The notes beneath the pieces are model-generated. The model did not search any database. It was not told where the DNA came from and saw only the letters and a list, made by a program, of their open reading frames with translations. A stretch of DNA of 64,000 bases from Amoebidium appalachense (Eukaryota; Protista; Ichthyosporea). Location: NCBI GenBank assembly GCA_963693365.1, contig CAVNZM010000010.1:558001-622000 (forward strand), given 5' to 3'. The translations under genes and the position numbers were made by a program. This document shows positions 13,607 through 28,045 of this stretch, one piece after another (the stretch's first letter is position 1; each line of letters starts with the position of its first letter).

Positions 13607-15263
13607 ACACACTACCACCACCACCACCCACCCATCTCTCTGATGTTTGCTTGTGCCCCCACAGTCGCTGCTCGAACACGCCCAAAATGGCTGTCTGTCG
13701 GACCCCCCCGGCCTGCCCCTCTACTACGAGACCACTGCCGACGCAGATGGGCTCATGCGCTACCGCTGCATCCGGGGCACCAACGAGGTGGAGGGGGCAG
13801 TGCACAACCCCCTGGCCACCCACTTTGGGGCCACACGCATGTCGCTGCGCCTGCTGGACGCCACCATGTCCAATAGGCGCCACCGCCACAACCTGCGTGC
13901 ACACTACCGCAACCGCCTGGGCCAGGCATCGGGGCCCCCCCACTACAGCCCCTGGATTGTTGACGACATGGAGGCACTGGCGCTGATGCTGTACGGCCAT
14001 CACCTCGACCCCCAGTGGGTACCCGTAGGCTGCTACAAGCTACCGGAGGAGTACTTCAACTTTGCCCCGCTCTCCTGTGTGGCCAATGCCCCGGCGCAGG
14101 AGCCAGTTGCGGTGCCCGCACCCCCACCTCCGTCTGATAACATCGAGCCTGCAGCCAATGGCGTGATGGGCGGGCCAGAGGACTGTGAGGTCGAGGAGGG
14201 TGACGGTGCTGCCATGGGGGGGGGCAACCAGGTGGCGCGTGGTGCACCACAGCCGGACCCTGCACTGAGGGGCGACTACAAGTTCCTGGCGCAGAAGCAA
14301 CATGTGGCCATCCCCTTCCTTCCGGTGCTTACCCCTCAGGAGCGCAAGCTATTCAGCACGCTGCTCCTGGGCACCTACAAGGCACATGCAAAGCCCAACG
14401 GCCAGCTGTTCGAGGCTTTGGCCCAAGACTTCAACAAGGCTGCCTCTGTGGCTGGGGGAATCTACATGAAGGATGCGGCCTACATCAAGAAGCATTTCGA
14501 CAAGTGGAAGACCTGGCAGACGGCACATGCACAGCGCTCCACACACGAGGGCCTGGCAGATCACCGCAAGCGTATGCGCGAGGAGAGGGCAGACGCTGTG
14601 CCAGCAACCATACGGCCTGCCCCCTTGCCACCCCTCCCTGTTCCAGACGGTGTCGATGCAGGGGCGCAGCGTGAGCGGCCCTTGCCCATGCTAGTGGGCA
14701 AAAAGCATCGCAACATTGGCCCTGAGGGGCCCCTGCAGATGGATTTGCCGGTGCCCCCTCCTATGCAGCCACCCCAGAGAGCCCCCAAGACCTGCAAGAC
14801 GTGTGGCCGCCAGGGCAAGGGCTGCCCCGGCTCCAATCGGGCCAAGAGCTGCCCACGTTGGGTTGCAGCCAATCAGGATGCCATGCCACCAGCACCCGCG
14901 CTTGACATGCAGCAGGGCCATGTGCCGCACATGCCCCCTGCACCCCATCCAGGCCCGCACCACCCACATGGCTGGCCCCCACCGTGGGGCATCATGCCGC
15001 CTCAGCCCGGCCCTGCCTTCCCCATGCCTGGGCTACTGCCGCAGCACGGTCCCCATCCTTACTTGGGCCATGTGGGCCAGCCCTCGGCTGGTGGGCAGTT
15101 CCCACCCCCTTCTCGTGCATCTGCTGTGCTGGGCCTGGCGTTGCCACCTGCTGGAGAGACGCAGCTGCAATGGCACAATCGAAAGCAAAGTAATCGTGGC
15201 CGCAAGTCTGCAGGCAGCCAATCAGGATCTCAGAGTAGTCAGAGTAGCCAAACTAGTGTCTAA
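7385..15263 (+). CDS. DUF6729-type DDE transposase-like protein with internal DEDDy/WRN-type 3'-5' exonuclease, about 1540 aa, 6 exons
   Basis: Exons 7385-8535 (one extra A in the A10 run at 7463-7472), 9513-9701, 10674-11504, 11950-12596, 13055-13261 and 13665-15263 splice in frame to 1541 codons after removing that A. Motifs: GGAREGAGRKKK; CP...YFCDTC and FPAYLSHRSGLD (DUF6729-like); LKADHTF (D, 9614); FYTDRCCQDR (D, 10793); exonuclease GLDCEW / IGTD / YAALDA; VLNDAFH (DxxH, 12468); GCLSDPP and YRCIRGTNEVEG (E, 13791); C-terminal CKTC..C..C. Confidence 0.8.
10287..10585 (+). repeat. G-rich minisatellite (about 38-bp unit) in intron 2 of the transposase-like gene
   Basis: About 7-8 degenerate copies of ggaaggattgtgggcacatgggtttgggggg. 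Confidence 0.7.
10674..11504 (+). other. Exon carrying the second catalytic Asp and the WRN/DnaQ-like 3'-5' exonuclease domain
   Basis: VVGLDCEW..KVCTLQIA..VYIFHL..LLRDPSIIKVG..GLADITAQVIGKKLPKP..VRCSNW..PLS..QATYAALDAY is a typical WRN_exo/EXD2-like signature with all four acidic residues and the Tyr present. Confidence 0.85.
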
Positions 15264-15348
15264 TATTGGAATGTACACCAATGTAACGGATCTCATATGT
15301 GTTGTAGTGCTTCAAGTTATACCTGTTCTTCGTACAGTCATGTTAGGG

Positions 15349-15379
<31 letters not shown>

Positions 15380-15682
15380 CTAGCTTTCATTCCGAAGTTT
15401 ACTGTAAAGAATTAAAATTTAGAATCTGAGTAATAGTACAGAGCCTTTGCACTTTTCTCTGTTTGTTAGGAATTCTTTGTGATCGAGAGTATGGTGTGTT
15501 AGACTATTGGTGTTAATGTGTCCTGGAAGGTGTATAATGTCTGCTGGCCGTAGTCAGTATCTATTTTTAGGTATATAGTATATTTTTAAATGTTGGCCGC
15601 TGGCCAATAAATAGCAAATAATAAACACACGATAAAGTCAACAGCGTGCCAAAAAACTAATCCCCAGCGAGCGCACCCAGTG

Positions 15683-15757
<75 letters not shown>

Positions 15758-16074
15758 CGCGCGCGTGCGTGCGTGTGTGTGTGTGTGTGTGTGCGTGCGT
15801 GCGTGCGTGTGTGCGTGTGTGCGTGTGTGCGTGTGTGCGTGTGTGTGTGTGAGTGTGTGTGTGTGTGTGTGTATGTGTGGTGTGGTGTGTGCGCGGCTTG
15901 TACATATGTACGTGTTCATGTGCACCTGTGTCGGACCTACGAAGTACATGAAAGTAAATTTTGACAGCATCGATCTGCCGGTGTGTATGTGTATGTGTGC
16001 CAGTGCAGCAGGTGTGCCTTGTAACTGATAGCTTCGCATTTTACGTGTGTGTATATATAGTAGTACGCATAGAC

Positions 16075-16250
16075 ACTTGCTGATCATTCGGATCGACATT
16101 AATATTTAATCTGTCGGTCCTCGGTTTTTTGAGTGAATGATGATCAAGTGTAAGAGCATTCACTTGGCAAGTATTAATGTTGCAGAGGCTAGCTGCAGCT
16201 GCAAGCGTCGGATGCACACTGACAATTGTCTTTTCAGCGAGTCTAACCTG
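16075..16250 (-). pseudogene. Possible decayed hAT C-terminal dimerisation-domain remnant
   Basis: Across two frames, HPTLAAAASLC...IIHSKNR...ILMSIRM resembles the hAT pattern YPxL...IHSKxRNRL...L. It is frameshifted and short. Confidence 0.25.
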
Positions 16251-17086
16251 CAGGCAGCAGCTGCACACATATAGGGTTGTTATCTTGCGGCACATGCACG
16301 GTGATCATTTCAGAGTAATAGAGTTCAGAGCAATGAAAATAATGAAAATAACTAAACTTTGTGACTACTTTAAAGTTGCTGAGATCATACGTGGTGCAAG
16401 CTGCACTATGAACACATGTATAGTGCTAGTAATTAATACATTTTTGTTGCCTTCTGCAGGGTTATCGTAGCTACGTCACGGCCTGCACTCAGGGGGGGGG
16501 GAGGGGGGGGGGGAGAGGGGGGATGATTCGAAGGGGGTATAAATAAGAACATGCACCTAAAGGTCTTTCCCGTGGATCCTCCCCCCTCCCCCCCCCCACC
16601 TCTCCCTCCCCCGGGGCCCCATACTATGATATCTAGGCCCAATATTATATGCCCCTTCCCCCCCCCCCCCCCTCCCTCTCCGGATCCCCGGACCCCACTT
16701 CCCTACCCGGAGGCTCAAGAGCTCCCCCCTTCCCCTTCCCCCCCCTCCCCCCCCCCCCCCCCCCCCAAGGCTTACGGGGGCCCTTCTTCATCGAGGGGGA
16801 GGGGGTGGGGGTGGGGGGGGTGGGGGGAGGGGGTGGGGGGAGGGAAGTGGAAGGCGGGGGTGGATGCATGTCAGCCTAGGTGAATTCAATTGTTTAACTC
16901 CAGTGTGCAGGACTGGTCTGAAGGCTTAAGAAAACAACGAGGAAATGGGGTCCAGTGGAGGTGGTGGTGGTGTTCTGTGTGTGTGTGTACACGTGCACGT
17001 ATGTGTGTGGTTTTTTTAAGGGGTGAGTGGTGGTGGTGGTGGTGGTGGTGGTCACCGTGGTGGTGGTGTGTGTGTCTGGTGTGTGT

Positions 17087-17117
<31 letters not shown>

Positions 17118-18343
17118 GGGGGGGGGGGGATAGAAAGAAAAACTGCTCGTGGGTCACTGTTTTTCGTCACTGTATTTGTAACGGGCCGCTCATATTTATA
17201 TAACTACTTTAATTTAAGTACACGTGTTCATTATCATATACGATGGCCAAATATAGAAATTTTGGCGTCGAAGTTCTTGGAGCTAAAAAAACGTTTAAAA
17301 GGGGGAAATAATAGCTTGGCCCCAAATTTACCTTGCCGTTTTTAGCGAATGTATTTTTTATTCATGAGTTCTAGTGTTTCAGTGAGTGCACGTGCCTGCC
17401 TCAGGCTGATCATGACAACTGCAACACACCATTCCTACATGGATATCAACCAAAAGAAAATAGTATATACTGTGGTGGTCTCCTAAACCTTGTGCGGCAT
17501 GCGCATACATGATATTACAGTGACGCATGTGCATATTATTGTTCTGTACACCGGAGTGTGCCGGTGCACGTGGCTGTTTTGTGCACATGTTACAATAGCA
17601 GCACGATCTCCCTAAACTCCATGTTTACACATCCCTCACCCTGGCTCTGCCTTGTCGGTGCTCCAAAACACACATACAAATCCCCCTAGACTCAGTGCCT
17701 GCACATGGTCGCATTCACGTGCAGGTCACGTGACACATGCGATGCCATACTGCCGTCTACAGCAACAACCACGGCAGCATGTATACCGGCCCAGCACGAG
17801 ATATACTTATCGGCAGCCCACTGAACTCGCCCATTTTCTCTTTTTCATGTATGTCCCTCCTTTTTTGTAAAATCACCCTTTTTGGCCTCCCGGTAGTGGA
17901 TTTTGCAGGATTTGACTTCTTTGAGGTCCAAAAACCTCAAATTTTCCCCGGCGGGGCCGGGGAGGGAGAATTCAAAAATTGCCCGCTCCTGATATGGTAC
18001 CCGGGCCAAAAAAACAGATTCTGAGTGCGGGACTGGGCTGCCGTGAGCCTGCCTCGCCGCGACTCATCCCGGATGATATCGATGGATCATGAAAACTTCG
18101 GCCGTGTCAAGAGAAGGACTGAAAGGGAAGGGAAAAAGTTCTCAGGGAGGCGAGGCTTTTAGATATCTACGAAATTAAATTTCTGTTTATTAGACTTACA
18201 AAAACACTGACAATATTTGCAGAGGCTTTGGCTATTTTTGGCACAGATCATTACCGCATCCAAAACCTTGCAAAGCACAAAAACACGCAAGCTTTGTTAA
18301 CAAAAAAGACAACACATGTGTCCAGCAATAGAGAGGTTTCAAA

Positions 18344-20123
18344 ATGGATTCGCCCATGGCCCCTTTTTTATGGCTTCCAGACGAAACTCTCACTCACATT
18401 TTCACGCTAGCAAGCACAAGCGATGAAACCATCCTGATCAGCCTCGCTTTTACGTGCAGGCGTTTCACAGCAGTTGCCTCTGAAGCTTGGCTTGAAAGAG
18501 TCTCTGCCGATCCTCTAGCCTACTGGAACGCACACCCCTGTTTAAACGAACAAAAAATCCTCTCTCTTTTCACCAAACTATACGGCAAAGAACAGCCAGA
18601 CAACGACACGCGTCCGTCCCAGCACCCTGCCTGTCTGTGTGTTGCTGCCTCTTTCGGATACTGTGAGGTTGTTCGTTTCCTTCTGCGGCGTTTCGAGTTC
18701 TCCCCCTTGAGTGTGGCCTTTGCCTCGCACTGTGCGCGTGTTAACGCCCATGAAAGTCTGGTCCCTGTGTTTCCCGACGTTTCCAGCGACGATATTGAGC
18801 GCTCCTGGGAATCAACCGAATCTCCCGGGCCTTTTCTCACCGTTGTTTTCCGGTTTGCTAACGACCAGAGCCACACTCTAAGACTTATCCATATTCCCGT
18901 CGTAGAGTACCCAAAGCTGTTGGGCAAACAAATCCGGCTTCCTGGCGTAAGCGAGTTTTGGGGGGGAGAAACAGTGTTGAGTCACTACCGACCTTTTGTC
19001 GTTTACACGGCCCGAATTACGAGGGAGAACTGGGAAGACATCACCAATGCGCTACCTCGGGACGGCGTCACGACCAACTGGCCTTACTTGACCATGTGCA
19101 TCCCTGCCTTTCCACCAGTCATAGCCGCCTGTTTTGCGAATGAAATGCAGTTTACCCTCGTTTCTAGAGAGATTCCCTTTGTGGTTTTGTTGCACGTTGG
19201 CTTCTTTCACCCCAAACACACCCTGTGCTCGTATAGATTGGGACCTGCGTGCGAGTGCGTTTGTTGAGCTGTTTGGTGGAATCCGCCGCTACACAGTCGA
19301 CACCATTGCCGACATGATCGTAACGGAAGAACCTGTGCAGGCAGGGGCGCGTAGGATGTTTAGCACGTTCCTGCTTCCGTCGGGCGCCCAAAATCTGGAA
19401 AACATTGGCTACCCACTGACAGCATTGGTTGCGGGTGTTTGTGGCCTGGAAACTATGCGCACAGCAAGCCCGCGTTTTTCGCGGACGAGATATTGTTTGG
19501 GTGATGCCAATCTCGAGCACATTGGGAGGTTGGCGCTTTGTTTCGGGCACATGGACACGGCAGCCATTAGCCTGATGCCCCATGAGGTCAGGGCAGAGCT
19601 TGCAAGTTGCCTCTCAAAAGAAAACGACACCTCAAAATGGGCCACCCTGCAAGCGGCCGCAGAGGTGACTGCATACTTCGAAGCAAACCGAATGAACGAC
19701 GGAATTAGAGCACTTGCTTTGCTGCGCCAAGTCGCGCCGCTCCAGAAGACTTCGGCAGTATTTTCTGCGTACCTGCGCATGTTTTTCAAACACGACTTTG
19801 CAGGCCCTCAGGTTCGTAGCTACACAAGTGGAGTACCGGAAGAGAGACTTCGCCTGCAAGACACCCTCCTGCAGTGGTTTTCTTCGTGTTCTATTACCGC
19901 CGATGCTGCACGTGTGGCTGTCTTCTGTTTTGTTCCCAACAACGAGAAAAATTCTGTCTCTGACCGACTTGGGCGGCAGCTGCTGGCGCTACTCAAAGAC
20001 GAAAGGTTTCGGCAGCCACAACCCGCACGGACCTTCCTTTTCCTCGCAGCCAAATGGAGGCTCTACCCAGAGGTGAAAGATGCACTTCTGGCCATCCCAA
20101 CCCTTCCTATCGGTGCAACATGA
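18344..20123 (+). pseudogene. F-box + ankyrin-like protein, paralogue 2 (most intact; frameshifted near 19140-19230)
   Basis: ORF 18344-19267 carries the F-box (FLWLPDETLTHIF..LAFTCRRF) and CVAASFGYCEVVRFLL. The C-terminal half is in another frame (to 20123, ...WRLYPEVKDALLAIPTLPIGAT). The segment before GATTGG is 47 nt versus 45 nt in copies 1 and 3. Could be a functional gene with assembly indels. Confidence 0.7.
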
Positions 20124-20232
20124 TGCTTTTCTTCTCCACTCACACGCAAGAAGGTATGGTCGTACTGCTCCCCCCCCCCCCCCCCCCCCTCCCTCCCTCC
20201 CCGTTTCCCCTTCGGAAAAAAAAAAAGGAAGG

Positions 20233-20268
<36 letters not shown>

Positions 20269-21056
20269 TGATGGTAAAAATGCGCCTCAAATGGTTGCCT
20301 CAGCAGCACCACCACCCAGGCCCTGTTTTTTTCTTTTCAAGATTTCTGGTTATGAGTTACACACAGAAGTCTTGGGCGGGAATAGCCTTTCTTCATTTTA
20401 TTTTTATTTCATTTTATTTTAATCTTTTAAATGTATGTTTATTTTCTCTATTTAAATCTTGTTTTGTGTTTTTGTTGTTTATTAATTTATTTATTATTTT
20501 TTATTTTTTATTTGTTTTTTGTTTTTGATTTTTTTTTTTTTTTTTGGGGGGGGGGGGGGGGGGGTGGGGAAAGGGGGGGGGGCTGGTTGGCTAACACTGT
20601 ATGTGGTTTGAGATGCACACTCAACAGTTTTGTTGCATTCTGCACACGGTCTTCTTTCACTAAATGGATGCCAACATTGTGATACACCTGCATATGCATA
20701 TAAATATACAGGACAAACACACACCAGGCACACGTTGCACAGTGATTCAATTTGCACTCACTCTAGCCTTCACCCACACGCACGAATTGACAAGACAGCA
20801 TCTACTGCCTATGGCATCACATCGACCGCATGCACATGTTCATTTACACCTCTGTACACATCTAAGCACTTACAGATACAACCGTCCAAATGCATGCATT
20901 TACAGACCCCCCCCCTCCCCCCTCCCCCCCCCCTCCCCCCCCCCCCCCCCCCCCCACCCCACCACCCCAGCCCCCACATACGCACCCACACGCAGGCACA
21001 CACACACGCACACGCACACACACGCACACACACGCACACACGCACACACACATACA

Positions 21057-21114
<58 letters not shown>

Positions 21115-21938
21115 CACACGTGCGCACACACACACACACAGTGTCACGCACACAGTTCAGACTCGGCAACTTGTGGATCCCAACTGGAATATCCCCTACT
21201 ATTTTGCAGTGGATTGACGTAGCCTGCACGGCCAGGCGACAGCACGGACACTGTGGCTTTTGGTAGTTTGCATTTAGGTGGCTGTGTTAGTGATAGACGA
21301 AATCTTGTTGCTATCGTGTTTTGTGGTCCTTGTGTGGAAACTTGACTAGGGCTTTTTTCCGTTGAAGAAATTTACCGTGTTCCCATGTATGCAGTACCAG
21401 AGAGAAAATAATTTTTGAGATGTATAGAAACACATTGGAAATCAATTGGCATAAACCGCTGCGCGTTAGACTTTCTTCTCCTTTTTGGAACTGTTTGTTC
21501 TTTTACTGCCGTTAGACTGAATGGGCGCCGTGCCCCCAGGAGCCATATATCAGAGGGGGGGGGAAAGGGGGAGGGGGAGGGTTACTTGTGGCTGATTTAA
21601 TTTGACGTGTGTGTTTAGCGTGAACTGTTGAAGTATTCCATCTTTTGGATGGCGTGTGGCGGCCGAATATGACAACACAAAAGGGTTTTGGTTAATAAAG
21701 TAAGTTTTGAACATCACAGTTCTCAGAAGCAAATGCTGTCCCGTGTGTGTGCGCGTGTGTGCATGCGTGTGTGTGTGATACACGTACACATACGTGTGTG
21801 CGTGCGTGCATGTGTCCGTGTGTGTGTGCTTTTGTGTGTGTGTGTGGTGGTGGTGGGGGGGGGGGGGGGGGATTTGAAGGTGTTGGCACTACCGTGTGCT
21901 TGTCGGTGGATAATATGGCCAGGTTCAAAAAATCAAAC

Positions 21939-21985
<47 letters not shown>

Positions 21986-22267
21986 ACACACACACACCAC
22001 ATACCTCCCCCCACCGGGACACACACACGAACACCCGGACACTCACTGCCCAGATCCCCAGCAAATAAAAATTTACGAAAAAAGAAATATCATACCAAAC
22101 TGCAAAATGCAGGCCATGATACCAAAAATGCACGTAGTGCAGAGAACATTGAGCCCGATGCTCTTGAGGCCTCTAGGAAAAAGGCCAATAATAAATTTTA
22201 AATGCACCAACCAACAGCGCATTAAAATTTAAAAAGACCCGGCAAGTGTGAGACAGTGCTAGAACTA

Positions 22268-22541
22268 CAGATACCGTCCACCATTAAGAATACCCGCCCA
22301 TAAGAATACGCTAGCGGCCAAGTCCGTTTTTTTTTTTAAGAATATGCACCGCAGTCAGATTTTGGGATATTAATGGCGGACTGACCTATACTTTGCTGGA
22401 TCATGCATACTCATGCCCCCCCCCCCCCCCCCCCCCCTCCCCCCTCCCGCCTCCAGTCCCCTTCTTCCCCCCCCCCCCCCCCCCCCCCCTCCCCCCTCAA
22501 CACACACACCAACCCTTCGGAGCCTAGCCATGTCTTCCCCC

Positions 22542-22581
<40 letters not shown>

Positions 22582-22693
22582 GCAGGTCCCGCTCATATAA
22601 GATTGAATATGACAGCGGCCATGCAAAAACTTTAAGAATATGCACCGCGACCACGTTGGGGGGGGGGGGGGTCTTGATGGCGGACAGCATCTG
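22268..22693. mobile_element. Tc1/mariner(pogo)-type MITE, 426 bp
   Basis: Imperfect TIRs CAGATACCGTCCACCATTAAGA / TCTTGATGGCGGACAGCATCTG (4 mismatches in 22), flanked by TA on both sides (22266-67 and 22694-95); internal TAAGAATA repeats; non-coding. Confidence 0.7.
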
Positions 22694-23135
22694 TAGCACA
22701 TGTACAAATACCCCTGTGCTCACGGGTGACTATCTCACTGCCCAGCTTTGTTTCCAATACCTGCGCACCCACGTCAAACACATATAGATCACACTCCTAA
22801 CCCGTTGATTAGTTAGTTTTTTTTTCTTTTTTTTTTTTTTTTTTTTTTTTTCTCGGATGTATTGTCTGTAGGGTCAGGTGTTCATGCGCTGTGACCGTAT
22901 ATTAGGTAACATTACTAAGGGGTGTATTGCATCTGTAGTATGATCATGTGACATATCATGCATATGGGGCACATGTTGTGTTTCCGATTCGCCGGAGGGA
23001 GCGGCCAATAAAGTGCAATGATCCCCTCAATTTAAAGGCTCGCACCGTCACATCTGGTCATAATGAGTGTTTCTCGTCACTGAACTTCAACCACAATTTG
23101 AACCGTAAAAGACTAATAATAAAAACTAACCACGT

Positions 23136-23177
23136 ACGCACACACAGATGCACGCACGCACACACATGCACACACAT

Positions 23178-23224
<47 letters not shown>

Positions 23225-23640
23225 TGCATACACGCGCGCGCGCACCCACACATGCACACATATGCACACACGTGCACACACGTGCACACACGTGCACACA
23301 CATGCACACACGTGCACACACACACACACACGTGCACACGCATGCATACACGCGCGCGCGCACACACACACGCGCGCGCGCGCACCCACGTGCGCACGCG
23401 TGCACCCACGTGCGCACGCGTGCACCCACGTGCACACACGTGCACACACGTGCACCCATGTGCACACACGTGCACACACGTGCACACACGTGCACACGCG
23501 TGCACACGCGTGCACACGCGTGCACACACGTGCACACACGTGCACACACGTGCACACACGTGCACACACAGCTTTCACGAGCACTAAAGGCACGTGCTCA
23601 CACATACAAGCTCTGAACTCACATACACGTGCACACACAT

Positions 23641-23714
<74 letters not shown>

Positions 23715-24122
23715 ACACGCATGCATACACGCACGCGCGCACCCACACATGCACACATATGCACACACGTGCACGCACGTACACACACGTGCACACACAT
23801 GCACACACGTGCACACACACACACACACGTGCACACGCATGCATACACGCGCGCGCGCACACACACACGCGCGCGTGTATGCATACACGCGCGCGCGCGC
23901 ATGCATACACGCGCGCGCGCGCACCCACGTGCACACGCGTGCACCCACGTGCACCCACGTGCACCCACGTGCACCCATATGCACACACGTGCACACACGT
24001 GCACACACGTGCACACGCGTGCACACACGTGCACACGCGTGCACACACGTGCACACACGTGCACATACAGCTTTCACGAGCACTAAAGGCACGTGCTCAC
24101 ACATACAAGCTCTGAACTCACA
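23136..24122 (+). repeat. Tandemly duplicated (about 500-bp period) compound satellite of (CA)n and GCACACACGT 10-mers
   Basis: The unique tag gctttcacgagcactaaaggcacgtgctcacacatacaagctctgaactcaca occurs at 23571 and 24070, each preceded by the same satellite pattern. Confidence 0.8.
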
Positions 24123-24352
24123 CGTGTACACACACACCCACACTGACACACACACACATACACTGACACACACGCGGGCACACACACACACCGTGCACAC
24201 ACACACTTTCACACGTACACACACACACACAAATACAGCTATGATCATAAGATGTTAGCATATGTCGAATACCCCAGCCAGTATGATCATTGAACCGGTG
24301 ATATGCGTATACAAAGCAGCTCAGTGACTTTGAAGACCGAACATGCGGCATC

Positions 24353-24388
<36 letters not shown>

Positions 24389-24628
24389 GCCCCCCGCGGG
24401 GGTTCTTTCCCCAACCTGCCATATCCTCAGCCCCACATAATTTATTCAATCTCCGATTCAGACTCCCCAGGGCACATATGGACGACAAACACATCAACGA
24501 TCAGGTGTTCCGTGTGCATCCACGGCCTGTTATATATATGCGAGTGCACACCAACACATTCAAATGCATATGCACCTATACAGCACAACCTGCAATAAAC
24601 CAAACACGCATAAATCCCCCGTCCCCCC

Positions 24629-24661
<33 letters not shown>

Positions 24662-24698
24662 ACACACAAACACACACACGTACACAACCAAAAAAAAA

Positions 24699-24731
<33 letters not shown>

Positions 24732-25062
24732 TAAGAACGAAAAAAAACATGCACTGCACGTACAGAGGTCATTCGGTATTAAGATAATTTGCCTATAAGA
24801 TAAATAGTACTAGAATTTTTGGAAACAAATAAGATTTTAGGAACTATCGAACTTTAATGAAAAATAAGATAAACGGGGGGGGGGGGGGGGGGGGGGGGTG
24901 CTCTGCAGCTGACTTCCCGAGGCTGTTCCAGTCTAGAAGCGTAAGCACCTTTTGCTCGTGAATGTGTGTGTGCATATCCTTGTCTACGTGAGGATTTTGT
25001 ATACGTGTGTCACAGGGTGTATTTGTTTGTGGTTTGTGTGTGTGTGTGTGTGTTAGTGTGTA

Positions 25063-26172
<1,110 letters not shown>

Positions 26173-26178
26173 TGTACC

Positions 26179-26222
<44 letters not shown>

Positions 26223-26269
26223 GAGAGAGAGAGAGAGAGAGAGTGTGTGTGTGTGTATGTGTGTGTCAC

Positions 26270-26331
<62 letters not shown>

Positions 26332-27104
26332 GTGTGTGCGTGTGTGCGTGTGTGTGTGTGCGCGTGTGCTTGTGTGTGTGTGCATGTGTGTGCACGAGCG
26401 CGTGTGTGTCGTGTGTACTACAAAGCCAAACAGGGACGATACCAACGTATAGCGCAAGTTGATTTATTTCAGAACGGTAATCACTCAAAAAAGTTCTTCC
26501 GTGGCGCTGACCCAAACACAACAATAAATTTGAACGGTAAAAGTCGTAAAAACATGTTTCCAAACGAAGAAAAACAAACAAATTCTACGAACACCCAGGT
26601 CATGAAGTGCACGACCGCAAAAACGCCGCTGTGACCCCCCCCCCCCCCCCCCCCCCCCACATACACACACACACACTCCCTTCCCCACCCCTACACACCC
26701 CACCCAAACACATAAAAACGTGCGGACGGGAAAGGGGGCAGGCAGCTAGAGAGAGAGAGAAAAGGAGAGACGAAGGGGGGGGGGGGGGGGGGGGGGAGGG
26801 GGGGGGGGGGGGAAGTAAAACTAGATAACGAGCCCTACGCCTGAAAAACATTGAGATTCTAGACCCTACCCTCGATTTACTAACTGTCAAAAGTGAGTGA
26901 ATAACGCTGTTAAAAGTGAGTGAAGAACGAAAAAAAGCCTTGAACATGCACTGCACGTAGCTTTGTGCACGCGCACACACACACTGACACACAAGCGCGT
27001 GCACACCCACCAACACCTCGCATTCCATACAGCACCAACACATACATGCACAGTCACACACACGTACGTGTACACACACATACACACACGCACACACACA
27101 CACG

Positions 27105-27204
<100 letters not shown>

Positions 27205-27306
27205 CACCCACACATCCATCCGCACCTACAGATCTACACGGCCCCACAATCAACTACAAACACAGAACTTCCCCTCCTGCCCCCTCATTCTCCCCTAGGG
27301 ACTCTC

Positions 27307-27341
<35 letters not shown>

Positions 27342-27987
27342 AAGAATATGAAAGAAGACAAAGCACACATGATGTTGCGCTGCGGCCATGCGCACACGCT
27401 AGCAATTAAGTTGTCGCCCACTCACCCACACCCACACATCACACACATGATACACACATTCATACATTCACACCGTGAGTGTGTGTGCGTGAGTGTGTGT
27501 TGAGGGGGCATGTGCGGGGGGGGGGGGGGGGGGGGGAGGGTGGGGGGGAGTGGGTAGGTGGGTGGGGGGTTGGGGGTTGGGGGTTGGGGGGGGGGGGGAC
27601 TCATTAGAGAATCGACAGATGAGGGGAAAAATTGAAGGAAAAAGGCTTGAAAAGGACCTGACATAGGGGTAGAGGAAATATAATAGGAAGGGCCCGAGGA
27701 GATAGAGGAAGCAGGAGAAAAAGAGAACGGACACTTCAGCAATATAAACATGAACGTTAACACGGTTGGCATGGAGGAGCCCCCTAAAGCATCTAGACAG
27801 CCAAAGTAGAACAAGTGAAAACTAAAAACAGATATCAGAAAGTGGCAACTAATTAGTCAGAACACGCAACTTCAGACTCCGGTCGCAAGAAAGGGAGGGC
27901 ACCGGATCTTATGTGGGGGGGGACGGGGGGGACGGGGGGGGGGGGGGGAGGTGGAAGAGGTGGGGCGATGGGTGGGTGGTGGTGGTG

Positions 27988-28045
<58 letters not shown>

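Noticed and set aside
16477-18035. Possible TIR pair GCACTCAG / CTGAGTGC
   Set aside because: Only about 13 of 16 positions match with a gap, there is no TSD, and the pair does not enclose the transposase.
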